DNA of 64,000 bases. Source: Paragordius varius. Lineage: Eukaryota > Animalia > Nematomorpha. The number at the start of each line of letters is the position of its first letter. The stretch's first letter is position 1. The DNA lies in contig OZ176058.1 of assembly GCA_964247055.1 (NCBI GenBank), positions 3,968,001 through 4,032,000 on the forward strand, read 5' to 3'. A program made the translations under genes and the position numbers. The notes beneath the pieces were generated by a model, which worked only from the letters and a program-made list of their open reading frames with translations, was not told the origin of the DNA and did not search any database. Shown here piece after piece: positions 15,401 through 27,570 of the stretch.

Positions 15401-18400
15401 AACAAATATTTTCAACAATCAAATAACTTTTGCAACAATCATAATATGTTGCCCAATAGCTTTTTAGTATTGCCAACAATCAAAAATATATTTTCAACAA
15501 TCAAATAATTTTTCCAACAATCATAATATGTTTTCTTTTAACTTTTAGTGTTTCCAACAATCAGACATATATTTTCAACAATCAAATAATTTTTCCAACA
15601 ATCAAAATATGTTGTCTTTTAACTTTTTATTGTTTCCAACAATCAAACATATATTTTCAAAAATCAAATAATTTTTCCAACAATCAAAATATGTTGCCCA
15701 ATAGCTTTTTAGTGTTCCCAACAATCAAACATATATTTTCAACAATCAAATAATTTTTCCAACAATCAAATTATGTTTTTTTTTAACTTTTTAGAGTTTC
15801 CAACAATCAAACATATTTTTTCAACTATCAAATAATTTTTTCAACAATCATATGTTCCCCAATAGCTTTTTAGTGTTTCCAACAATCAAACATATATTTT
15901 CAACAATCAAATAATTTTTCCAACAATCAAAATATGTTGTCTTTTAACTTTTTATTGTTTCCAATCAAACATATATTTTCAACAATCAAATAATATTTCC
16001 AACAATCAAAATATGTTGCCCAATAGCTTTTTAATGTTCCCAACAATCAAACATATATTTTCAACAATCAAATAATTTTTGAAACAATCAAAATATGTTC
16101 CCCAATAGCTTTTTAGTATTCCCAACAATCAAACATATATTTTCAACAATCAAATAATTTTTCCAACAATCAAAATATGTTTTCTTTTAACTTTTAGTGT
16201 TTCCAACAATCATACATATATTTTCAACAATCAAATAATTTTTCCAACAATCAAAATATGTTGCCCAATAGCTTTTTAGTATTCCCAACAAACAAACATA
16301 TATTTTCAACAATCAAATAATTTTTCCAACAATCAAAATATGTTTTCTTTTAACTTTTAGTGTTTCCAACAATCAAACATATATTTTCAACAATCAAATA
16401 ATTTTTCCAACAATCAAAATATGTTGTCTTTTAACTTTTTAGTGTTTCCAACAATCAAACATATTTTTTCAACAATCAAATAATTTTTCCAACAATCAAA
16501 ATATGTTGCGCAATAGCTTTTTAGTGTTTCCATCAATCTAACATATATTTTCAACAATCAAATAATTTTCTAATTATGTTTTCTTTTTTTACTGTTTCCA
16601 ATAATCAAACAAATATTTTCAACAATCAAATAATTTTTGCAACAATCATAATATGTTGCCCAATAGCTTTTTAGTATTCCCAACAATCAAAAATATATTT
16701 TCAACAATCAAATAATTTTTCCAACAATCATAATATGTTTTCTTTTAACTTTTAATGTTTCCAACAATCAGACATATATTTTCAACAATCAAATAATTTT
16801 TCCAACAATCAAAATATGTTGTCTTTTAACTTTTTATTGTTTCCAACAATCAAACATATATTTTCAAAAATCAAATAATTTTTCCAACAATCAAAATATG
16901 TTGCCCAATAGCTTTTTAGTGTTCCCAACAATCAAACATATATTTTCAAAAATCAAATAATTTTTCCAACAATCAAATTATGTTTTCTTTTAACTTTTTA
17001 GAGTTTCCAACAATCAAACATATTTTTTCAACTATCAAATAATTTTTTCAACAATCATATGTTGCCCAATAGCTTTTTAGTGTTTCCAACAATCAAACAT
17101 ATATTTTCAACAATCAAATAATTTCAACAATCAAAATATGTTGTCTTTTAACTTTTTATTGTTTCCAATCAAACATATATTTTCAACAATCAAATAATAT
17201 TTCCAACAATCAAAATATGTTGCCCAATAGCTTTTTAGTATTCCCAACAATCAAACATATATTTTCAACAATCAAATAATTTTTCCAACAATCAAAATAT
17301 GTTTTCTTTTAACTTTTAGTGTTTCCAACAATCATACATATATTTTCAACAATCAAATAATTTTTCCAACAATCAAAATATGTTGCCCAATAGCTTTTTA
17401 GTATTCCCAACAAACAAACATATATTTTCAACAATCAAATAATTTTTCCAACAATCAAAATATGTTTTCTTTTAACTTTTAGTGTTTCCAACAATCAAAC
17501 ATATATTTTCAACAATCAAATAATTTTTCCAACAATCAAAATATGTTGTCTTTTAACTTTTTATTGTTTCCAACAATCAAATAATTTTTTCAACAATCAA
17601 ATTATGTTGTCTACTTTTTGTGTTTCGAACAATCAAACATATTTTTTCAACAATCAAATAATTTTTCCAACAATCATAAAATGTTGCCCCATAGCTTTTT
17701 ATTGTTTCCAACAATCAATCTTTTAACTTTTTATTGTTTCCAACAATCAAACATATATTTTCAACAATTAAATAATATTTAGAACAATCAAAATATGTTT
17801 TCATTTAACTTTTAGTGTTTCCAACAATCAAACATATATTTTCAACAATCAAATAATTTTTCCAACAATCAAAATATGTTTTCTTTTAAAATTTTAGTGT
17901 TTCCAACAATCAAACATATATTTTCAACAATCAAATAATTTTTCCAACAATCATAAAATGTTGCCCCATAGCTTTTTATTGTTTCCCACAATCTAATTAT
18001 ATTATCTTTTAACTTTTTATTGTTTCCAACAATCAAACATATATCAACAATCAAAAAATTTTTCCACCAACCAAATTATGTTGTCTTTTAACTTTTTAGT
18101 GTTTCCAACAATCAAACTTATATTTTCAACAATAAAATATTTTTTTCAACAATCAAAACATGTTTTCTTTTAACTTTTTAGTGTTTCCAACAATCAAACA
18201 TATATTTTCAACAATCAAATAATTTTTCCAACAATCAAAATATGTTGCCCAATAGCTTTTTAGTGTTTCCAACAATCAAACATATATTTTCAACAATCGA
18301 ATAATTTTTCAAACAATCAAAATATGTTGCCCAATAGCTTTTTAGTGTTTCCAACAATCAAACATATATTTTCAACAATCAAATAATTTTTCAAACAATC

Positions 18401-18900
18401 AAAATATGTTGCCCAATAGCTTTTTAGTGTTTCCAACAATCAAACATATATTTTCAACAATCAAATAATTTTTCCAACAAGCAAAATCTGTTGCCCAATA
18501 GCATTTAGTATTTCCAACAATCAAACATATATTTTCAACAATCAAATAATTTTTCCAACAATCAAAATATGTTTTCTTTTAACTTTTTAGTGTTTCCAAC
18601 AATCAAACATATATTTTCAACAATCAAATAATTTTTCCAACAATCATAAAATGTTGCCCCATAGCTTTTTATTGTTTCCAACAATCAAATTATATTATCT
18701 TTTAACTTTTTATTGTTTCCAACAATCAAACATATATTTTCAACAATCAAATAATTTTTCCAACAATGAAATTATGTTTTCTTTTAACTTTTTATTGTCA
18801 ACAATCAAACATATATTTTCAACAATCAAATAATATTTCCAAAAATCAAAATATGTTGCCCAATAGCTTCTTATTCCCAACAATCAAACATATATTTTCA
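12450..18900 (+). repeat. Duplicated ~2.3-kb block at 4.05-4.21 kb offset (about 12450-14700 and 16500-18900)
   Basis: actgtttccaataatc 12541/16591 and gagtttcc 12951/17001 (offset 4050). After two extra monomers, ctactttttgtgtttcgaac 13401/17611 (4210). After a 9-bp deletion near 17716, the ORF pairs 13668/17869 and 14449/18651 (4201-4202). Confidence 0.85.
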
Positions 18901-21400
18901 ACAATCAAATAATTTTTCCAACAATCAAATTATGTTTTATTTTAACTTTTTAGTGTTTCCAACAATCAAACATATTTTTTCAACAATCAAATAATTTTTT
19001 CAACATTAATATGTTGCCCAATAGCTTTTTAGTGTTTCCAACAATCTAACATATATTTTCAACAATCAAATAATTTTTCCAAAAATAAAATTATGTTTCG
19101 TTTTTTAAGTGTTTCCAACAATCAAACATATATTTTCAACAATCAAATAATTTTTGCAACAATCAAAATATATTTTCTTTTAACTTTTAGTGTTTCCACC
19201 AATCAAACATATATTTTCAACAATCAAATAATTTTTGAGACAATCAAAATATGTTGCCCAATAGCTTTTTAGTATTCCCAACAATCAAACATATATTTTA
19301 AACAATCAAATAATATTTAGAACAATCAAAATATGTTTTCTTTTAACTTTTAGTGTTTCCAACAATCAAACATATATTTTCAACAATCAAATAATTTTTC
19401 CAACAATCAAAATATGTTGCCCAATAGCTTTTTAGTATTCCCAACAAACAAACATATAATTTCAACAATCAAATAATTTTTCCAACAATCAAAATATGTT
19501 TTCTTTTAACTTTTAGTGTTTCCAACAATCAAACATATATTTTCAACAATCAAATAATTTTTCCAACAATCAAAATATGTTGTCTTTTAACTTTTTAGTG
19601 TTTCCAACAATCAAACATATTTTTTCAACAATCAAATAATTTTTCCAACAATCAAAATATGTTGCCCAATAGCTTTTTAGTGTTCCCAACAATCAAACAT
19701 ATATTTTCAACAATCAAATAATTTTTCCAACAATCAAATTATGTTTTTTTTTAACTTTTTAGAGTTTCCAACAATCAAACATATTTTTTCAACTATCAAA
19801 TAATTTTTTCAACAATCATATGTTCCCCAATAGCTTTTTAGTGTTTCCAACAATCAAACATATATTTTCAACAATCAAATAATTTTTCCAACAATCAAAA
19901 TATGTTGTCTTTTAACTTTTTATTGTTTCCAATCAAACATATATTTTCAACAATCAAATAATATTTCCAACAATCAAAATATGTTGCCCAATAGCTTTTT
20001 AATGTTCCCAACAATCAAACATATATTTTCAACAATCAAATAATTTTTGAAACAATCAAAATATGTTCCCCAATAGCTTTTTAGTATTCCCAACAATCAA
20101 ACATATATTTTCAACAATCAAATAATTTTTCCAACAATTCAAATATGTTTTCTTTTAACTTTTAGTGTTTCCAACAATCATACATATATTTTCAACAATC
20201 AAATAATTTTTCCAACAATCAAAATATGTTGCCCAATAGCTTTTTAGTATTCCCAACAAACAAACATATATTTTCAACAATCAAATAATTTTTCCAACAA
20301 ATAAAATATGTTTTCTTTTAACTTTTAGTGTTTCCAAAAATCAAACATATATTTTCAACAATCAAATAATTTTTCCAACAATCAAAATATGTTGTCTTTT
20401 AACTTTTTAGTGTTTCCAACAATCAAACATATTTTTTCAACAATCAAATAATTTTTCCAACAATCAAAATATGTTGCCCAATAGCTTTTTAGTGTTCCCA
20501 ACAATCAAACATATATTTTCAACAATCAAATAATTTTCTAATTATGTTTTCTTTTTTTAGTGTTTCCAATAATCAAACAAATATTTTCAACAATCAAATA
20601 ACTTTTGCAACAATCATAATATGTTGCCCAATAGCTTTTTAGTATTGCCAACAATCAAAAATATATTTTCAACAATCAAATAATTTTTCCAACAATCATA
20701 ATATGTTTTCTTTTAACTTTTAGTGTTTCCAACAATCAGACATATATTATCAACAATCAAATAATTTTTCCAACAATCAAAATATGTTGTCTTTTAACTT
20801 TTTATTGTTTCCAACAATCAAACATATATTTTCAAAAATCAAAAAATTTTTCCAACAATCAAAATATGTTGCCCAATAGCTTTTTAGTATTCCCAACAAA
20901 CAAACATATATTTTCAACAATCAAATAATTTTTCCAACAATCAAATTATGTTTTTTTTTAACTTTTTAGAGTTTCCAACAATCAAACATATTTTTTCAAC
21001 TATCAAATAATTTTTTCAACAATCATATGTTCCCCAATAGCTTTTTAGTGTTTCCAACAATCAAACATATATTTTCAACAATCAAATAATTTTTCCAACA
21101 ATCAAAATATGTTGTCTTTTAACTTTTTATTGTTTCCAATCAAACATATATTTTCAACAATCAAATAATATTTCCAACAATCAAAATATGTTGCCCAATA
21201 GCTTTTTAATGTTCCCAACAATCAAACATATATTTTCAACAATCAAATAATTTTTGAAACAATCAAAATATGTTCCCCAATAGCTTTTTAGTATTCCCAA
21301 CAATCAAACATATATTTTCAACAATCAAATAATTATTCCAACAATCAAAATATGTTTTCTTTTAACTTTTAGTGTTTCCAACAATCAAACATATATTTTC
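15050..21400 (+). repeat. Family of ~1207-bp (about 15-monomer) higher-order units
   Basis: gagtttcc...aactatc marker at 15794, 17001, 19762 and 20969, forming two pairs each 1207 apart. The 15361/20536 ttctaatt pair and the tattgccaac variant link about 15300-16180 to 20470-21350 (offset 5175). Confidence 0.7.
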
Positions 21401-24400
21401 AACAATCAAATAATTTTAACAATCAAAATATGTTCCCCAATAGCTTTATAGTGGTCCCAACAATCAAACATATATTTTCAACAATCAAATAATTTTTGCA
21501 ACAATAAAAATATGTTGCCCAATAGCTTTTTAGTATTCCCAACAATCAAACATATATTTTCAACAATCAAATAATTTTTCCAACAATCAAAATATGTGCT
21601 TTTAACTTTTTATTTTTCCAACAATCAAACATATATTTTCAACAATCAAATAATTTTTCCAACAATCATAATATGTTGCCCCATAGCTTTTTATTGTTTC
21701 CAACAATCAAATTATATTATCTTTTAACTTTTTATTGTTTCCAACAATCAAACATATATTTTCAACAATCAAATAATTTTTCCAACAATGAAATTATGTT
21801 TTCTTTTAACTTTTTATTGTCAACAATCAAACATATATTTTCAACAATCAAATAATATTTCCAAAAATCAAAATATGTTGCCCAATAGCTTCTTATTCCC
21901 AACAATCAAACATATATTTTCAACAATCAAATAATTTTTCCAACAATCAAATTATGTTTTATTTTAACTTTTTAGTGTTTCCAATCAAACATATATTTTC
22001 AACAATCAAATAATTTTTCCAACAATCAAAATATGTTGTCTTTTAACTTTTTATTGTTTCCAACAATCAAACATATATTTTCAACAATCAAATAATATTT
22101 CCAACAATCAAAATATGTTGCCCAATAGCTTTTTAATGTTCCCAACAATCAAACATATATTTTCAACAATCAAATAATTTTTCAAACAATCAAAATATGT
22201 TGCCCAATAGCTTTTTAGTATTCCCAACAATCAAACATATATTTTCAACAATCAAATAATTTTTCCAACAATCAAAATATGTTTTCTTTTAACTTTTTAT
22301 TGTTTCCAACAATCAAACATATATTTTCAACAATCAAATAATTTTTTCAACATTAATATGTTGCCCAATAACTTTTTAGTATTTCCAACAATCTAATATA
22401 TATTTTCAACAATCAAATAATTTTTCCAACAATGAAATTTTCTTTTAACTTTTTATTGTCAACAATCAAACACATATTTTCAACAATCAAATAATATTTC
22501 CAAAAATCAAAATATGTTGCCCAATAGCTTCTTATTCCCAACAATCAAACATATATTTTCAACAATCAAATAATTTTTCCAACAATCAAATTATGTTTTA
22601 TTTTAACTTTTTAGTGTTTCCAACAATCAAACATATTTTTTCAACAATCAAATAATTTTTTCAACATTAATATGTTGCCCAAAAGCTTTTTAGTGTTTCC
22701 AACAATCTAATATATATTTTCAACAATCAAATAATTTTTCTAAAAATAAAATTATGTTTCGTTTTTTTAGTGTTTCCAACAATCAAACATATATTTTCAA
22801 CAATCAAATAATTTTTGCAACAATAAAAGTATGTTGCCCAATAGCTTTTTAGTTTTCCCAACAATCAAACATATATTTTCAACAATCAAATAATTTTTCC
22901 AACAATCTTGCCCAATAGCTTTTTAGTATTCCCAACAAACAAACATATATTTTCAACAATCAAATAGTTTTTCCAACAATTAAAATATGTTTTCTTTTAA
23001 CTTTTAGTGTTTCCAACAATCAAACATATATTTTCAACAATCAAATAATTTTTCCAACAATCAAAATATGTTGTCTTTTAACTTTTTAGTGTTTCCAACA
23101 ATCAAACATATTTTTTCAACAATCAAATAATTTTTTCAACAATCATATGTTGCCCAATAGCTTTTTAGTGTTTCCATCAATCTAACATATATTTTCAACA
23201 ATCAAATAATTTTCTAATTATGTTTTCTTTTTTTAGTGTTTCCAATAATCAAACAAATATTTTCAACAATCAAATAATTTTTGCAACAATCATAATATGT
23301 TGCCCAATAGCTTTTTAGTATTACAATCAAAAATATATTTTCAACAATCAAATAATTTTTTCAACAATCATAATATGTTTTCTTTTAACTTTTAGTGTTT
23401 CCAACAATCATACATATATTTTCAACAATCAAATAATTTTTCCAACAATCAAAATATGTTGCCCAATAGCTTTTTAGTATTCCCAACAAACAAACATATA
23501 TTTTCAACAATCAAATAATTTTTCCAACAATCAAAATATGTTTTCTTTTAACTTTTAGTGTTTCCAACAATCAAACATATATTTTCAACAATCAAATAAT
23601 TTTTCCAACAATCAAAATATGTTGTCTTTTAACTTTTTATTGTTTCCAACAATCAAATAATTTTTTCAACAATCAAATTATGTTGTCTACTTTTTGGTGT
23701 TTCGAACAATCAAACATATTTTTTCAACAATCAAATAATTTTTCCAACAATCATAAAATGTTGCCCCATAGCTTTTTTATTGTTTCCAACAATCAAATTA
23801 TATTATCTTTTAACTTTTTATTGTTTCCAACAATCAAACATATATTTTCAACAATCAAATAATATTTAGAACAATCAAAATATGTTTTCATTTAACTTTT
23901 AGTGTTTCCAACAATCAAACATATATTTTCATCAATCAAATAATTTTTCCAACAATCAAAATATGTTTTCTTTTAAAATTTTAGTGTTTCCAACAATCAA
24001 ACATCAACAATCAAATAATTTTTCCAACAATCATAAAATGTTGCCCCATAGCTTTTTATTGTTTCCAACAATCAAATTATATTATCTTTTAACTTTTTAT
24101 TGTTTCCAACAATCAAACATATATCAACAATCAAAAAATTTTTCCACCAACCAAATTATGTTGTCTTTTAACTTTTTAGTGTTTCCAACAATCAAACTTA
24201 TATTTTCAACAATAAAATATTTTTTTCAACAATCAAAACATGTTTTCATTTAACTTTTTAGTGTCAACAATCAAACATATATTTTCAACAATCAAATAAT
24301 TTTTCCAACAATCAAAATATGTTGCCCAATAGCTTTTTAGTATTCCCAACAAACAAACATATATTTTCAACAATCAAATAATTTTTCCAACAATCAAAAT

Positions 24401-24689
24401 ATGTTTTCTTTTAACTTTTAGTGTTTCCAACAATCAAACATATATTTTCAACAATCAAATAATTTTTCCAACAATCAAAATATGTTGTCTTTTAACTTTT
24501 TAGTGTTTCCAACAATCAAACATATTTTTTCAACAATCAAATAATTTTTTCAACAATCATATGTTGCCCAATAGCTTTTTAGTGTTTCCATCAATCTAAC
24601 ATATATTTTCAATAATCAAATAATTTTCTAATTATGTTTTCTTTTTTTAGTGTTTCCAATAATCAAACAAATATTTTCAACAATCAAAT

Positions 24690-25810
24690 AATTTTTGCAA
24701 CAATCATAATATGTTGCCCAATAGCTTTTTAGTATCAACAATCAAAAATATATTTTCAACAATCAAATAATTTTTCCAACAATCATAATATGTTTTCTTT
24801 TAACTTTTAGTGTTTCCAACAATCAGACATATATTTTCAACAATCAAATAATTTTTCCAACAATCAAAATATGTTGTCTTTTAACTTTTTATTGTTTCCA
24901 ACAATCAAACATATATTTTCAACAATCAAATAATTTTTCCAACAATCAAAATATGTTTTCTTTTAACTTTTTAGTGTTTTTAACAATCAAACATATATTT
25001 TTAACAATCAAATAATTTTAACAACAATCAAAATATGTTGCCCAATAGCTTTTTAGTGTTTCCAACAATGAAACATATATTTTCAACAATCAAATAATTT
25101 TTCAAACAATCAAAATATGTGGCCCAATAGCTTTTAGTGTTTCCAACAATCAAACATATATTTTCAACAATCAAATAATTTTTCAAACAATCCAATGTTG
25201 CCCAATAGCTTTTTATTGTTTCCAACAATCAAATTATATTATCTTTTAACTTTTTATTGTTTCCAACAATCAAACATATATCAACAATCAAATAATTTTT
25301 GCAACAATCATAATATGTTGCCCAATAGCTTTTTAGTATCAACAATCAAAAATATATTTTCAACAATCAAATAATTTTTCCAACAATCATAATATGTTTT
25401 CTTTTAACTTTTAGTGTTTCCAACAATCAGACATATATTTTCAACAATCAAATAATTTTTCCAACAATCAAAATATGTTGTCTTTTAACTTTTTATTGTT
25501 TCCAACAATCAAACATATATTTTCAACAATCAAATAATTTTTCCAACAATCAAAATATGTTTTCTTTTAACTTTTTAGTGTTTTTAACAATCAAACATAT
25601 ATTTTTAACAATCAAATAATTTTAACAACAATCAAAATATGTTGCCCAATAGCTTTTTAGTGTTTCCAACAATGAAACATATATTTTCAACAATCAAATA
25701 ATTTTTCAAACAATCAAAATATGTGGCCCAATAGCTTTTAGTGTTTCCAACAATCAAACATATATTTTCAACAATCAAATAATTTTTCAAACAATCCAAT
25801 GTTGCCCAAT
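24690..25810 (+). repeat. Tandem duplication of a 604-bp unit at the domain junction
   Basis: agtatcaac 24731/25335, ggcccaat 25121/25725, and minus-strand ORFs 25028/25632 (offset 604). Confidence 0.85.
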
Positions 25811-26550
25811 AGCTTTTTAGTATTTCCAACAATCAAACATATATTTTCAACAATCAAATAATTTTTCCAACAATCAAATTATGTTGTCTTTTAACTTTTT
25901 AGTGTTTCCAACAATCAAACATATATTTTCAACAATCAATAATTTTTCCAACAAACAAAATATGTTGCCTAATAGCTTTTTAGTATTTCCAACAATCAAA
26001 CATATATTTTTAACAATCAAATAATTTTTCCAACAATCAAAATATGTTTTCTTTTAACTTTTTAGTGTTTCCAACAATCAAACATATATTTTCAACAATC
26101 AAATAATTTTTCAAACAATCAAAATATGTTGCCCAATAGTTTTTTAGTATTTCCAACAATCAAACATATATTTTCAACAACCAAATAATTTTTCCAACAA
26201 TCAAAATATGTTTTCTTTTAACTTTTTAGTGTTTCCAACAATCAAACATATATTTTCAACAATCAAATAATTTTTCAAACAATCAAAATATGTTGCCCAA
26301 TAGCTTTTTAGTGTTTCCAACAATGAAACATATATTTTCAACAATCAAATAATTTTTCAAACAATCAAAATATGTTGCCCAATAGCTTTTAGTGTTTCCA
26401 ACAATCAAACATATATTTTCAACAATCAAATAATTTTTCAAACAATCCAAATATGTTGCCGAATAGCTTTTTAGTATTTCCAACAATCAAACATATATTT
26501 TCAACAATCAAATAATTTTTCCAACAATCAAATTATGTTGTCTTTTAACT
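24950..26550 (+). repeat. Transition zone between the two subfamily domains
   Basis: It mixes the last domain-1 markers with local variants (gtggcccaat at 25121 and 25725, tccaatgttg, gtttttaacaatc). From about 25810 it carries the domain-2 A-type tail tagtatttcc. The first domain-2-specific block (caatcatatattttcaacattcaaattaatttctcc) starts at about 26570. Confidence 0.7.
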
Positions 26551-27179
26551 TTTTAGTGTTTCCAACAATCAATCATATATTTTCAACATTCAAATTAATT
26601 TCTCCAACAATCAAAATATGATGCCCAATAGCTTTTTAGTGTTTCCAATTTCCAACAATCAAAATTTGATTTCTTTTAACTTTTTAGTGTTTCCAACAAT
26701 CAAACATATATTTTCAACAATCAAATAATTTTTCCAACAATCAAATTATGTTGTATTTAACTTTTTAGTGTTTCCAACAATCAATCATACATTTTCGACA
26801 ATCAAATAATTTCTCCAACAATCAAAATATGTTGCCCAATAGTTTTTTAGTGTTTCTAACAATTAAATAATTTTTTCAACAATCAAATTATGTTGTCTTT
26901 TAACTTTTTAGTGTTTTCAACAATCAAACATATATTTTCAACAATCAAATAATTTTCCAACAATAAATATGTTGCCCAATAGTTTATTAGTGTTTCCAAC
27001 AATTAAATAATTTTTTCAACAATCAAATTATGTTGTCTTTTAACTTTTTAGTGTTTCCAACAATCAAACATATATTTTCAACAATCAAATAATTTTTCCA
27101 AAAATCAAAATATGTTGCCCAATAGCTTTTTAGTATTTCCAACAATCAAACATATATTTTCAATAATCAAATAATTTTT

Positions 27180-27570
27180 CCAACAATCAAATTATGTTGT
27201 CTTTTAACTTTTTAGTGTTTCCAACAATCAATCATATATTTTAACATTCAAATTAATTTCTCCAACAATCAAAATATGATGCCTAATAGCTTTTTAGTGT
27301 TTCCGATTTCCAACAATCAAAATTTGATTTCTTTTAACTTTTTAGTGTTTCCAACAATCAAACATATATTTTCAACAATCAAATAATTTTTCCAACAATC
27401 AAATTATGTTGTCTTTTAACTTTTTAGTGTTTCCAACAATCAATCATATATTTTAACATTCAAATTAATTTCTCCAACAATCAAAATATGATGCCTAATA
27501 GCTTTTTAGTGTTTCCGATTTCCAACAATCAAAATTTGATTTCTTTTAACTTTTTAGTGTTTCCAACAAT
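27180..27570 (+). repeat. Tandem duplication of a 212-bp unit (82+48+82)
   Basis: ccgatttcc at 27303/27515. Both copies share the private gatgcctaat variant. Confidence 0.8.

Larger units (their letters stand above)
1..25800 (+). repeat. Satellite subfamily domain 1
   Basis: Variants seen only here: tagtattccc; cataaaatgttgccccatagc; aaattatattatcttttaac; ttctaattatg (11 copies, 2101 to 24626); agcttcttattccc; aaaaataaaattatgtttcg; gagacaatc; cagacat; aagcaaaatctg; tttcgaac. The last aattatattatc is at about 25232 and the last cagacat at about 25428. Confidence 0.9.
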
